A stretch of DNA of 64,000 nt. It comes from Euglena gracilis (lineage: Eukaryota). Location: contig CP154954.1 in assembly GCA_039621445.1 (NCBI GenBank), positions 23,758,954 through 23,822,953 on the forward strand. Direction: 5' to 3'. Of this stretch, positions 1 through 28,844 are shown in pieces. A program made the translations under genes and the position numbers. The notes beneath the pieces were generated by a model. That model saw only the letters and a program-made list of their open reading frames with translations, did no database searches and was not told the DNA's origin. The first letter of the stretch is position 1, and every line of letters begins with the position of its first letter.

Positions 1-262
1 GAACTGAAGTTGCCAAAATCACACCTGGTTTGCCTTGTGCTCTATATAAGCCCAAAGGCAATAAAAACTAATAGGTAAGTGAAAGACTTTCTTTTTTTGA
101 TACTCTCGTGGTTCTGTTCCCACAGGAGGTCGTAAGTAGGCCAACAGGAAGTGTGAATAGAGTCAGGGGACGTAGACGTGGTTGCAGATTAGGTTTCCTT
201 TCTACGCCCATACTCCCCCCTCCCCAACAGCTGACTTCAAACGGTCAGTGGTGCTGAGCCAA
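1..262 (+). mobile_element. possible 3' part of a 5' LTR and primer-binding site of the downstream retroelement
   Basis: TATATAA and AATAAA occur in the first 70 nt. ...CA at 246-247 is followed by TGGTGCTGAGCC at 249 (PBS-like TGG start), just upstream of the gag-like ORFs. No second LTR was identified. Confidence 0.3.
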
Positions 263-583
263 TAGGCCACAAAGCCACCACAAGCTGTTTGGAGCCAACT
301 TGTACGCAAAGATTCCGGCTTCTGGAGGCTCTGGGCAGTATACGCTGCCACAACCTTCTAAGTTTGTTCCTTTGCTAACCTTTTGGGGTTTGCTTGTTTT
401 TTTTCCTGCAACTAAAAATATGCAGAGCTCAAGCACGAACACACTCATGGATTACAAAGCATTGATTGATCCTTTGAGTAGCAGTTGTTATGCATTATTA
501 CAGGAGGAGTATAGGCTCCTACAAGCTTCTTCACCCTTAATGGGGGACCCTCAAGCTCTATTGAGCATTACCACACCTGAGCT

Positions 584-3389
584 GTGCCACACTCCGTTGT
601 TCCCTTCTCCAGCTCTGTTGAGCATCCCCCCACACAAATGCCAAGCTCTATTGATCATGATCAACCGCAATGGGGTCCACGCCTAACGGTGACTCAAGCA
701 CCGCCCGATACAGGTTCTTTTCCTGCATTGCCTTGTATGGATTTGGCTAGTTTGCGCCAAAGTTTTGAGACACATTTGCAGGCACAATTGCCAGAAGAAT
801 TGCAAAAAGTGAGTGAGACAGTGTGTCAAATACAATCCCGCAATGATGCGAAGTTTTCCCACTTGCAACATAGTTTGCAGGCTTTGTCCAATAAACTGGA
901 GCCAATTATGGCAATTTTTCCACAATTGCAGCAAAAGTTGCATGATCCTCCCACCAAATATCCTGATTTGGGGAAATTTATTACACTGGAGCAGTTTTCC
1001 ACCATTGCAACTGCTTTTCAGGAAGCGCTACAGCGCATTATACAATTGAGCGGTGATTTCGCGATTTTTTTCCACTTTTCTGCCCAAGCACGCGAAAGTT
1101 TTGCCCCCCGCACTTATGTGCATGAATTGGCGGAAAGATGTTCTCGTTTGGAGCAGAAATCTTGGCATTGCAGTGAAGTTCCCACTAAAATTGCAAGTTT
1201 TCACACCCAAGTCGCGAATATTGCGAGTAGGGTTGAGGCTTTGCAACAACAGCGGCAAAATGACATGGTAGAAATTAAAGCCGATTCGTCTAAGGTTTGT
1301 GCCTGCTATGCGGAAGTGACCGGCAAAATGACTGATGTGACCGGAATTAAAACACCGATAGCGGACTTACAGAGATGTATGCAAGAATTAAGCACAATGT
1401 TGCTTCAGGTGCAATCACTAGTCCTATACACATTGCCTTCGACCACACCCATACCCACACTCACATCCCTACACTTGTAGCAGTTTTGCGCAGCTGAAAA
1501 TCACCACGTTATGGAACGAATTTGTGACAGTCTCATGAATACGGAGAAAATGGTGAAAGAGGATGTCACAAAGTTGCAAAATGACCTTATCGCGGTATCT
1601 GCGCAAGTTTTGGTCTTGATGGAACAGCCAATGGCTGAAAAAGTCAAAAACTCTGGAGGCCATTTCCAGTGCGATACGCACATTAGCGGTTCGAATTCAA
1701 GAATTGGACACTGTTTTTGGTGCAATTCGCAAGATTTCCTGTCGATCTCCGACAAGTTACCCTCTTACCGTAGGCGAATAAGGCGTTTACAGGATGATGT
1801 GAGTCGGATAAACGACAATTTGCAAGTTCTTGACAAATTGGAGCAAAGTGTGCGTGAATTGGCAACCAATTTGGACCAGGTACACGCACAATTGCGTTCT
1901 CTACAACAAATCTCGCATTCGGGTACGGTTGGCACACTCGCCACATCTTGCAGCTCAAAAAGCGCTATTCGCGCAACCATTGTAGAGCCTACCGTCAAAT
2001 TGCCACCAAACCACGTTTCCGCTCATGTAGAATTCCCCCCCGTAGCGTTACCAGTCCCAATGGACAAGTTTTCGGGTGATGAGTCGGGTTTTCCGTCAAG
2101 AACCAGACCTAACCCCCTCTTTAATCAATGGATCGCGGAATCCAAACCAATTCGCGGTATGAGCCGCACCCCCACACAGGGTATTGGTCATACCTCGCAA
2201 ATATGCTTGGTTACACCAATGGTACAGTCCATAGAAACCTCACCCCTCCTTGCGCATTCGCATCACCATTCGCGCGTTCGCGAATTGTGATGGCACCCGA
2301 AATTTACATGGTACCTTTGGTACACTTGGTAGTATGTTGCATGCTTACTCGCAAAATTTCACCAACAACACACCTGGTGCAACCACAGTGTAACCACACA
2401 TGGTGCGATACCGCTCCATGGCCCTCCTCCCATGAATACCACCGAAGGGCCACGGTTTACTGAGAAAGATTTAAAACACTATCACAATCTCGAATAAGGT
2501 GAAGCCCCAATGGGACAGTGATCCAACAACATGGAAACAGTTTTTCAGTGACTGGGAGTACTACTGGGAATTGAAGGGACTATCCGAGGACGCACATCCG
2601 GAGGTGATCAAAATGGAATTCATAGATTGTCTACCAAAAGACGAAAAGGAACACGCCAGACAATTGGTCATTCGCAGGGGCATTTCTTTTTAGGATTTGG
2701 TTCAGCAATGTGCTTCATCATTTTCCAGTTTGTTTTCCAGAAGCACTCTGGAGAAAAAATGGCGGCAATATGCCCCCCATGGCCGAAAGTGGAGGTCGAT
2801 AGACCTATGGTACTCAAAATGGCTTTGTTTGGCAGCCGAAGTAGACGAGTTAGGTGAAACCCAAATGAAAGAGCAATTTGACGCAGTATTGCTGCACTTT
2901 GTTCCTAAACACATCAAATAAGTTCACCGCGAGAAACTTGCAGGACATGTTTTGACACTCAATGAGCGATGGAACTATGTTTCCAAACAATTGAGGCTAT
3001 CACAGGTTCTTGGTCGATTTGAATCGGCTTATGTGAGCCACCCCACAGCAAAAGAGACGTCACAATTATCGAACACCGCTATAGCGAAATCTAAATCGCG
3101 CAATTCACGCTCTTCAGAGGAATTCTCAGACAAATTGTGCTTTTTGTGTAACAAAAAGGGTCATACATCTCGCCATTGTCCAAATCCCCCAGCTCGAAAG
3201 GCAAACAAATTCCAAGAGGATCGGCCTCATCATGCAGTTCTCGCTTTTCACAAAATGTGCATTCGCAAAAGCAAAAATCAAAATACTGATTGGGATCCAG
3301 ATGTTCACTACGTGGATCCGGTAACCACCACTCGCCCAAACGTTGACATGCGAACCCTCCTCACCCAAACCAGAGTCATCGCGATATGA
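584..3389 (+). pseudogene. degenerate retrotransposon gag-like region (coiled-coil N-terminus, CCHC zinc knuckle)
   Basis: Chain of intron-free same-strand ORFs (584-1480, 1511-2290, 2499-2693, 2697-2921, 2952-3389) broken by stops and frameshifts. The last contains CFLCNKKGHTSRHC (C-X2-C-X4-H-X4-C). Confidence 0.7.
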
Positions 3390-3782
3390 GTCACAATTCA
3401 AAAGAAGACACTTCAGCCAAAATGCAAAACCTCGGACGAATAACAACCTCTATTGAGGATCATCACCCGGGTTCGGGCAGGAAGGGGGATGATACCCTAC
3501 ATATCCAAGTGGATCATCCATGCTTTACCCCTCACATATTCAGAGACGTATATGCGTCCAAAAAGTCAAGGGTTGATATGGCGATTGGTTCAGATTTTGA
3601 GTAAAGACACCCGGGGATGCAGACTACAGAGGCTACTAGAAGGGAGATAACAGGAGGCATGACCCTAGTCATCCCCTGCCCAGTATCCATTCTGGCCATC
3701 GTTCCAGGATTTTCTGGTGTACCCGCTCAAAATTCTGCCAAACCTTTGACATATAGAAAGTTTTTTGTTTCCGGTTGTGGTA

Positions 3783-4171
3783 ACCCACCCCCAAATAATA
3801 AACACCCCGGTTTATTATTTGGACACCCGAAGTCGGTGTACAGGGGGGGGTTTATTATTTGGGGGGGGGGTTATTATTTGGGCAAAAATTTCGAAGTCAG
3901 AATTAGTCCCGAAAACCCCTCCACAGGCTCCAATTGTCACTTTTTTTTGGCATTTTTGGTCTTTTTTTGAAAACTGGGTGCTTTTTTGGCATTTTTTTCT
4001 GCACCAATTTGATCCTTTTTCGTTATTTTTTGCAACATTTCTGCTAATTTTTGGCTCTTTTTTTTCTTTGCCCTCACACCTGCCAGAGGGGGGGTTTATT
4101 ATTTGGGCGGCCGAAGTCGGTCCTCAGGGGGGGTTTATTATTTAGGGGGGAATTTATTATTTGGGGGGGGT
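3783..4171. mobile_element. TA-flanked MITE
   Basis: Terminal inverted repeats ACCCACCCCCAAATAATAAA / TTTATTATTTGGGGGGGGT, TA on both sides, and internal repeats of GGGGTTTATTATTT. Confidence 0.65.
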
Positions 4172-7100
4172 TATATCATGGGATACCCCATAAATGTTCA
4201 TGTGGTTGAGTGGATTTCCGCTCCAAGAAGGCACACAACACCGCAAAATTCTGCCCCCCCACAAAACTCCCACTAACCATCACTTTTACATACCGTTTTC
4301 GATGACAGCAACACCGCTTTCTACAACAACAGCACCGTTTTCAACCCGGGGAAAAGAGAAAGTGCCCCCCCCTCTACCCACAGCATACTCACAAACGTTC
4401 CACATGCGGTAGGGGTAACGACGTAGCTAAACCCCCAGTCGTTCCACTGGGTTCCAGGACGAAAGCTCTGAGGCCTGAAGTTTAGACGGTGTCGAGTAGT
4501 CGCCCAGCTCCTTTCAACTTTTCGTTTTCAACCAGGTTTGTCGATTCAGACATTCCTGTACACCCCCAGCAGCTCCAAAATTTGCATGCTAAATTACTTA
4601 CACACCCACCGCCCGCAGACCGACATGCGCAACAAGGAAAAATACTGCTCACCTTCCCTCCATGTTGTGCACTCTGGGAGGCCTTTATGCACAACCACCA
4701 ACCAAACACAAAAAATAAAAATAACAAATCAAATTAAGCCACACAACCCGCAAAAGGGGCCACACCGTATCTCAATTGGAGAACAGTCTATTTTTTCGTC
4801 AAGTGCAAGGCATACTCAGCACTATGTGCAATTTCTGCCCAAGGCGCATAGCGCACAAGCACCCTGATGCGTATACCACATAGGCGCTAATTGCGCAGAT
4901 CGTACAGATCCTGCGCATATTGCACTTCCCAACTTACTCCGCTCCGGTGCCCCCTTCACATATTGTGCAGTCCACAACTGCCCCCCCCCCCGTGTCGCGC
5001 CACACCCCGTGCGAATCGCTCCACACCCCACGCGTAGCGCGCCACCACCCATACATCGCAATCCCATGTAAGCACTATCGTGCATTGCTGAAAAGTAGGT
5101 GTACGCCCAACCCACCGATATCCATTTGGGAATCAGTCCCAAAGACTTGTGGGTGGATATTTCACAATTCTGCTATGGCTGTTTTTTTTGTTCGATATTA
5201 TCAAAATGCAGGTTTTGTTTGATGACAGCAGACAAGAAGTGAATTTTTTTGTCAATGCGGTTATTGCCCCATCTTCTCCAACATCAAACATATTTTGGTG
5301 ATCCCAGAGCTCTGTAGAGCAAAGCAACACAAGTCATGTGATTAGTTTTGGGGATATGTTACAAATACTGCAGATACTACATTTGTCTTCCGGAAACTTA
5401 TCCAACTTGTGCTGAAACAGCTGTTTTGTGGCCTAAATGGCTTATTCTTTGGCAAAATGAAACCCGGATATGGGAAAATGCTCAAAAATTCCAGTTCTTT
5501 CATGTGCAACATAGTTGCTCCCCGCCCAAAAAAAGACATCGCTTTGGCTAATCAACACTTAACCACTAACCATTTTGTGTGTGTGGATTTGACAATGTGC
5601 AAGGTCTATTGACCACATTCCACATGGTGAATGATCCAAGTGGCAATGCAAGGACCAATGGTCCATAAGTTAATGGTGCACAGTGAAAAGTCCATTAAGT
5701 CCAAAATACTCTAAAAAGCGGCACAACCCACCAAACTTCATGCTGGAAAAAGGCTCAAGTAGCCATTTCAAGCCAAAAGGCTAGTTTCATGCAGATTTGC
5801 ACAAGTGTCGCTTTTGCATAGCCTCAAAACCACCACAAAACCATCAAAAATTTCTGAAACCTCATACCACGAGATGAATGCATGTAGTAGTGCCTATGAC
5901 ATAGGAACCAAAAGTTGCCTTTGTAGAATGAAAAGAGAGAGCTCACAGCTCTGTCTCACCGGCACAGCAGAAAATTGAGATCCTATCTCTGCGCCCGTAG
6001 CTGGCCGATAGGCCAAATTTATCCCCATTTGAAAGCTCGTGAGAAAACACGTCCAGCGATGCGATCAGATCGCAGCGATGCTGCATGGTATTCTTATTTG
6101 CAGAGACCGTGGAACTGTGCAAAAATTTCGCGAAGCCTAATTTCTGGGCCCTCTCAGCCAGATCCTTTGCCAACGTGTTCCACACAGGGAAATCAGCCTG
6201 AAAGGCTTCTATCCATTACTATACAGCGTTTCTGCATGCAAACATCCATTGGTTACCAGATAATCGAATGAGTTCTTTTCAGTTCCTTTGGCTGCATTCT
6301 GCCTGACGCCCCCCCCCCCTGTACAGGCTGTAAGGCCTAGTAGCATTCAGAGTGCCATGGCCCAGACTTTCCACTAAATTTGAGCTTATAGACTCAGTTT
6401 TCAGGTGCACTTATGTGCAAAATTATCATTTTTGCAGTATTTTTTTGTTTTCTTACACTTGTCATTTTGGCAACCACATCCCAGTTGGGAGACAACTTAG
6501 GGCCATATGGCAGCAATTTGTGGACCACCAGATGCTGATATTGGCACTTGCTCACAAACGTCATAGACATTGCAAATATACATTTAAAAGCGTACTTACG
6601 CTTTCTGCAACAAATTTCACATGGGTTTTGCACATTTCAGCGTGTTTTTGGTTGATGTGGTGTTATTAAACACCAATAACCATGCCTTTGGTGCAAACTG
6701 GGCCTATGCAACTTATGAGTCATGCTCCACAAGCACTATGTGCAGCACTATGTGCGGGAACTTTCAAAGTTGCAGTTTTTTATGACAAAAATACCGATAA
6801 TGGTGCGTATTTCTCAAACACAAATGCCGTTCTCGATGTAGAATGTGTTTCATACCCCTGAATACTGAAAGGGATATGTCAAAGTTTAACAAGAGTCTGT
6901 TTGCAGTAGTCGCATAGCCACCAAAGTTCAGTTTGTGCTGCTCTGTGCAATTTTCCCCCGAATTTTCTCTTTCTTTGTCGGCGTTGGATACACTATTCCT
7001 GCAGTTTTACCCCTAAGCCTGGTGTAATTCGGTAGACCTAACGGTCATCATCTGCAACTCCAAATGGTGTCATTCTGCAAGGTTGATATGAGCAACATCT

Positions 7101-8536
7101 CCAATATAGTGAAATCTGGTTTTTGAAGATCCATATTTGGGAAATTGTGAGCGGATGACCCGCGTTTTTGCCTACGGCGAATCACTCGCTTTGTATTCTT
7201 CGAATATTTTGTTGCAGTTTTAGACAATTTCTCAAGAATTATAGCCAATGGCGTAAAAGATCACAATGTGACTGATGACAGACACCTCTCTTAAGATTCA
7301 ACCAGATTTGGAGCTGTATAAGTAGTTTTTGAACTGTATTTGAGCGGAAGAATCGTCTAATTTTGTGTGTGATTGATGATTTTTTTTTCACTCACTGTCG
7401 CAATATGCGATTATTTCTATTTTGTTCTACGCAATATGCGTACTCGTACAATTTCAGTCATCTACAAAACAACCGTGAGCCTACCTCAGTGTGTTTTTCA
7501 TGCTTCGTGCATTGCAGTATACACTGCCTTGCGCAATGCCCCCTTGAACCCAATATGGGATAGCGCTAATGCTGCATATTCTTTGACTTACCATCATGCG
7601 AATCACATATTGCAAGGTAATATCCAACCCACCGTTTCACATATCAGAATTGAGAATCGCTATTTGGCGAAATATCGCATGCAGCACCATCATGGTGTGA
7701 TGAAAGAGCCAATGACTCAAATCATGTGGGAGTATTACTTTGTGTCATACATGATTATTTGCCTTGTGAATGAAGGCTTTTCTTTGTATCGTCCTTGCGC
7801 GGCCCTTTTCCCAATCTTGGAAGACACAGCACGAAGATAGAGTTGATATTTGACCAAAGTCCTTCCGCCAGAAGTCAAAAAAACAAAAAGAATACAAGAG
7901 GGACCCGGGAAAAATGTGATCGTCGTGTCAGACGTCACCCGCGGTTCTGATGCGCGAAAATGTGCGAAAATACTGTTGATGTTCCATCTCCCCATTTTGG
8001 GGGCTTGGACACATGGTACCAAAATAGACAAACCTCCGTGATCATGAAAATACCTTTATTCGTTTCAAAACACAAGTCGATAGGCAACAACGTGTCACTT
8101 GGTTGTCAAAAAAAATCGACCTGTGGAACACAAATTGGCTCGTGAAAACTCAAGATGTTCCACACAAAATAAATAGACCAAAAAGATAGGAATGGTAAGA
8201 ATGGTAAGAAATGTTCAGAGAGTAATGGGCTCACAGTGATGGTTGGCGGTTGTGTTGCTCAGTGGCTCTCTTGGTTCTTTGGTTCAAGCCAGTTATTGTC
8301 AAGGTCTCGTTTCCACTCCTTGGCTTTGCCTCCTTTGGGGTGCAAACTCAACATTGAGCACATCATTCAGTTTTGTGAGAGGGTTCTTTCTCTTTCGGTG
8401 GGGCTTTCTGTTTGTGCGCGCGCGTTCTCTTTCTTCTTTCTCCCCTTTTTGGGTCTCTTGTCCCTTGGCCCTTGCTTTGAAAAATTGGGCCTCCCTCCCG
8501 GGTGGTCTGTCCGTGTCGTGTGGGCGTCGCCCCCTC

Positions 8537-8800
8537 CTACTTACGGGCCATCTCCTTTGCTCTCTTCAAAAGTTCGGATAGGCCCCCCTCTTCACAATAC
8601 TCCACAAACGGTTCATTCAACCTCTCTTCGTGAAGTGTAAAGCTTTTCATTGGCTCACATGTGCTTCCCGAAACGAGGTATCCTTCCCATTGTGTCAAAA
8701 ACCGCCATCCACCATAAAATTTGTGTTTTAAATTTTTTCTCACGTTGAAATAATCATCATGTCCGTTATCTATTTCCTCTTCGTCCACATGCATTTCCAA
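8537..8800 (-). pseudogene. chromodomain fragment, probably the integrase C-terminus of a Ty3/gypsy chromovirus-like element
   Basis: ORF 8537-8830 reads YFNVRKNLKHK...RFLTQWEGY..SGSTCEP, matching the chromodomain pattern. It is intronless and has no upstream integrase core. Confidence 0.7.
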
Positions 8801-8874
8801 TTCCTTTTCCTCTTCCAAAAGATCGGACATTTCATTCTCGTTTATGCAAACCCTCCCTTGTCTGTGCTGAGCCA

Positions 8875-10335
8875 GTGGCTCCTGAGGTTAAAAGAACACA
8901 GACATCTAAGATGCCTTCTGATTTGCCCCCTGTGGGTTTCAGCTGTGTGGTGGCCCCTGTTAATAAAGCTACACATTCCACACACACCAGCCCTGAGAAT
9001 TCTGTCTTGCCACCACATGTTCGAGAATTGTCATGGGCAGCCCATGAAAAAGCCAAGGTGGCACCTGACCTGCATTTTATTGTCAGGCAGTTGTTAAAGA
9101 AGCAACAGATCACCCCCTCAGTGGTTGAAAATTTCTTAAGTCATAATCTTTCCTTGGAGAGATATGACTCTGCCTTCAGGCTCCTGTGAGGATTTATAAC
9201 CATGTCCCAGCTGGACCTCAACACCATAAGCCCAGAATTAGTCGCTTCTGGCATCATAAAAATTTTCACCTTCAGTGTGGCCCAGGCCAATCATTACTTC
9301 AGAAGTTGCAAGCAGCACCTCCCCCAGAGTGCCTCAGTGACCTGAGGGACCAAGTCATTTTAAGTTTCAGACTCATGTGTTTGCATCGCTCAGTGGACTT
9401 GAGCCGATCCTTCAGGACAGTGTCCCAGGTTGATGGCAAGATCTTTGTCCAGGTCAGAAAAAAGGGTTGGAGACAGACTCAGTGGGAGGATTCTCCAAAT
9501 TCCTTCATGTCCCAATATTTGCCCCTGGTTCAACATGAAGAAATATGTCAGTTTGACATCTCACTGTGCCCCCCCCGGGGGGGACATTTTGTTATTAAGT
9601 TTAAAACCTCCATTTACAGCCCTGTCTGCAAAAACCATTGGGAGTTTGACAAAACGATTGTTGGACAAACACAGGGTACCCCCCCAGTTGGCCCCCCACA
9701 CCACCAGTGGGGAAGGAGTGTACATGTATAAACTGGCAGGTTTGTCCTCTGAGGAAGTGTGCCGAATTGGAAAATGTAAAAATGTGCAGTCCTTTTCTTC
9801 CCATTATTTGCGGTTGGAAGCGGGAAAAAATGCGGGGGTTGCTGTCCAAAAAATGGTGCACAAAGCCTCACTGGGGTCTGTTGCGGAGCCGGAGCTGTCT
9901 CGGACTCCGGTGAAGAGTGATCAAGGAGGAAGGGACAGCGAAGGCGGAGCACAAGACAACAGTGAGCCCGCCCCCCGACCCGGAAGGGAGCAAAAAAGTC
10001 GGTCAGGGCCCCCCCCCCAAGAAATTTCAATTCACCCACAGACAGGCCAGCAACCCGCCGCCGCCAGCCACCGAGAAGTCGGACAACATCTCCGAGTGCG
10101 CCTACTCCGGCATCTCATCGCAGTAAAAAAACACCACAACCAGCACCAAAACACCAAAACAACAGCCGGAAAGAGGAGCAGGCCCTCATTGTTGTCTTGT
10201 GCTCCGCCGTCGCTGTCGCTTCCTCCTAGATCATTCTTTACCGGAGTCCGAAAGACGTGTGTACTCACAAGGTCTTTGTGCTGCGCCCTCCGTGTCCCTT
10301 CCTCCCTTGTCGGTTTTCCTCGAGGGAGTGCGAAA
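8875..10335 (+). mobile_element. DIRS-like (tyrosine recombinase) retrotransposon remnant
   Basis: Frameshifted YR motifs: LMCLHRSVDL (catalytic R), VQVRKKG (K), CPWFNMKKYV, APHTTSG (degenerate HxxR) and IGKCKNVQSFSSHYL (Y). These are followed by an inverted ~67-nt repeat (9900-9966 vs 10185-10251). Confidence 0.75.
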
Positions 10336-11455
10336 ACCCCGGAAAACAAACAGCATTCGGTCACCGCCCGGAAGTATGACCGGGGGGTCTCGGTTCAGGT
10401 TCAGGGCGGGAAAAAGCACATGCCAGCAGCAAAAGGGGAGCCCCTGATCAACCAAACAAAACGGAACACACAAAGCAGGATTTCACCCCCCGTGTGCTAT
10501 GCTTTCCGGAAGGAGTGGGTAGTGAGTGGCCTTGCTGTCCTCGCTATAAAATCTCCCCAATAAAATACACCAAGCATACCACGACAGTTGATGTGTGCAT
10601 GAGGATGGCAAGAACACCACAGACATGAAAACATGGGTGGGAGGGAGGAAAGGCAGGAGGGAGGAGAGATCGCCCACAAATGGCGGCACGACTGACGGTC
10701 ACTGGTGACAAAAGCAAGTGCTGGCAAAAACAAATGCCAGGGGGAAGTCAGGGAAGGAAAGGGCATAAAGATACGCCCATACTGTCGTTTGGTGCGTGCT
10801 GGTCCGTGATGACCCTTGTGCGGAGTTGACATTGCAGCGACACCCGAAAAGACAAATGCATAAATTGTAATTTCTCTGCGACTGCCTCATGAATATGGGA
10901 TGATGCTGGAAATATTTGAGGAGGTGTGCCCAAACCGATACCCAAAACTCACACATATAAACATATATTGCTGTGTTGCATCTTCCCACACAAAACGGGG
11001 TTTTTTGGGAGCTGGCACCGAAGGCTGTGGAGTAACTGTTTCTGTGTGTCAAGATGGAGAATTTTGATGCAGATATTTTGAAGCTTGTTTCATGGGCGAT
11101 CCAACGCACAAAGTTTCAGAGCCCGACCCCTCAGGGTTCTGGGTTTGTGGGCTATTTATTTCCGGATTTGTGGCTATGTGGATTTGTGGATATTTATTAA
11201 CACCATTCCAAAATCCATGTTTTCCAAAATTGTGGCTTGTCGCGTGTGGAGCACTTTTGAGGGGCTTATATCTCAGGAGGAGGGGGAATTGAAGGAAATG
11301 AGTAGAGACCTTTTTTGATGGGTATTTCACAGGCTTCAATATGGCACACGTCCGGCCCAGGCTTTTGCTTAAGGACCCCGGGGGGGGGTACTGGCTAGCC
11401 AATCGGCTAGACACTGGAAAAAATGGACTAGATAGGACCCCCCCTCCCCCCCGGG

Positions 11456-12165
11456 CAGTCACCTATGGTCACTTCCCGTTTTGGTGCTCTGGTCGGCCCT
11501 GGTCGGCCCTGGTCGGCAAATAGTCGGCCATAGGTGGGGGTATCCTTCACAAAAAAAATGTGAAGGGATGCAATGATTTTCTGTCTCGCCAAGATCAAAA
11601 GGAAGTGCCCCATAAGGCCTCCATTGGCTCCCCAAAAGCAACCAAAATGACCTAAAATGGCTTGAAATAACCAAAAATTACCCAAAAACGCCAACAAAAT
11701 CCACAAAAGATTGTGAAAAGTGACCCAAAATTACCAAAAGGGCGCAAAATGGCCAAAATGCCATAAAAAATGCTCAGATTGACCCAAATTAGCCCAATAT
11801 TTGCCAAATCAGTGACAAATAGCCCCCAAATTAGCAAAAACTGATCCATAACGGCCAAAATGGGTGTAAAACTGCAGATTTGTGAGAAAATTATCCAAAA
11901 ATGGGTTTAGTTCTTCAAAATATACAAAAAAAATGCCAGCATCACCCTGCATCGCCCAGCATCATCAGAGGTGCTTGTTCCAGAGGGAAAGCTGCCGAAT
12001 TCCTTCATCCATTCCCCTTCGGTCGGCCAACCACATGCAAGTCGGCCCTGGTCGGCCCTGGTCGGCCCTGGTCGGCCCTGGTCGGAACCCCCACCTACGG
12101 GGGTCCTGAAAATCATAGTCGGCCCTGGTCGGCCCTGGTCGGCCCTGGTCGGCCGTAGGTGCCTG
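11456..12165. mobile_element. hAT-like MITE (CAG...CTG ends, 8-bp TSD) with subterminal CTGGTCGGCC 10-mer arrays
   Basis: TIR CAGTCACCTATGG / CCGTAGGTGCCTG with flanks CCCCCGGG and CCCCCGAG (7/8). 10-mer tandem arrays lie at ~11489-11517, 12040-12085 and 12117-12155. Confidence 0.75.
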
Positions 12166-12932
12166 CCCCCGAGGGGGGGGGGGGGTCCGGGGGTCCCCCC
12201 CAACTGGAAAAAAAATTTTCCTCCGGCGCTGCGCGCCAAGGTAAAATGAGGTTTTTAAGAGGGTTTTGGCTGATTTTGTTCCAAAAATTCCCAAAAAATG
12301 GCCAAAAACGGGCATTTTTAGCCGTATTTGGGGGTCTCAAAATAAATTTCCGGCGCTTTGCGCCGGTCACTGGAAATTTTTTTCCACTAGATAGCCCTGC
12401 TAGCAGACCCCCCCCCCCCCGGGTCTGCTAGAAATCCCACTGGCCAAATTTGGACTAGCTGCAACAGGGGGGGAAATGCGCTGGATGGCCCTCGGAAAAA
12501 ATGCGCAAAAATGCGCAAAAAAATGCGCAAAAAATGCGCTGAGTTTGTGACATTCCTAAGGGAAAAAGGACTTAGACAAATTTCCAACAGTAAACCCAAA
12601 ATTAAACCAAAATCACCAAAAAGAGCTGAAATGAAGGCATTTTGGCCCAAAAAAAATGTGAAAATGGGTTCGTTGGTTACAGAAATGGGTCAGTTGAGCG
12701 TGGGCAAAATTCGGTGAGCATGTGATTTGGGTGGAAAATGTGCAAAAATGGCAAAATGTGCAAAATTGGGCAAAAAAGGCGCAAAAAAGGCGCAAAAATT
12801 GAAAATGTGCAAAATTGGGCCAAAAATGTGCAAAAAAGGCGCAAAAATTGAAAATGTGCAAAATTGGGCAAAAAATGGGCAAAAAAATGCGCAAAAAATG
12901 GACAATGTGCAAAAATGGGGGGGAAATTGCAA

Positions 12933-12936
12933 AGAC

Positions 12937-12987
<51 letters not shown>
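12933..12987. repeat. (GACA)n microsatellite
   Basis: Directly visible. Confidence 0.95.
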
Positions 12988-12988
12988 G

Positions 12989-28420
<15,432 letters not shown>

Positions 28421-28844
28421 CACCCGCCCAAGGGCGAAGGGCGACGGCCGGCAAGAGACATGCAACGGGCTGCAGGAAAAGGGAAGGGGTGGTGGTGCAT
28501 GCCACAAGCGTTATTGGCTTTGGGGGTTAGGTTTGTCCAGGAATCCAGCCAATGCTTTGGGGGTGAAAGAATGATCGGCTCACCAGAACGAAACCCCATC
28601 AGGAAATTAAAGCCAGAACTGACTGCAGTTTGTGCGTGTGGAGCAAATTCAGCACCCCAGAAGAGAGATAACACACCAACACACCGGCATTCTCTCAGAA
28701 GCAATCATTTCACAAATCAGTGAAATGAAATCCAGACGAGCTTGGGAAAGGCCAAGGGGCCAAATGGCGGCAAGGCATCCACCACTTTGCGGACCCCCCC
28801 CCCCCCGAGCCCCGGGGCCGAACCTGCCCCCCACTACCCCTTCC

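Noticed and set aside
5900-8170. Short ORFs possibly from a DNA transposon
   Set aside because: No recognisable motif, TIR or TSD was found by eye.
9430-10563. 377-aa ORF as an intact gene
   Set aside because: Only the first ~140 aa are recombinase-like, the upstream motifs are in other frames, HxxR is degenerate, and the tail reads through repeats.
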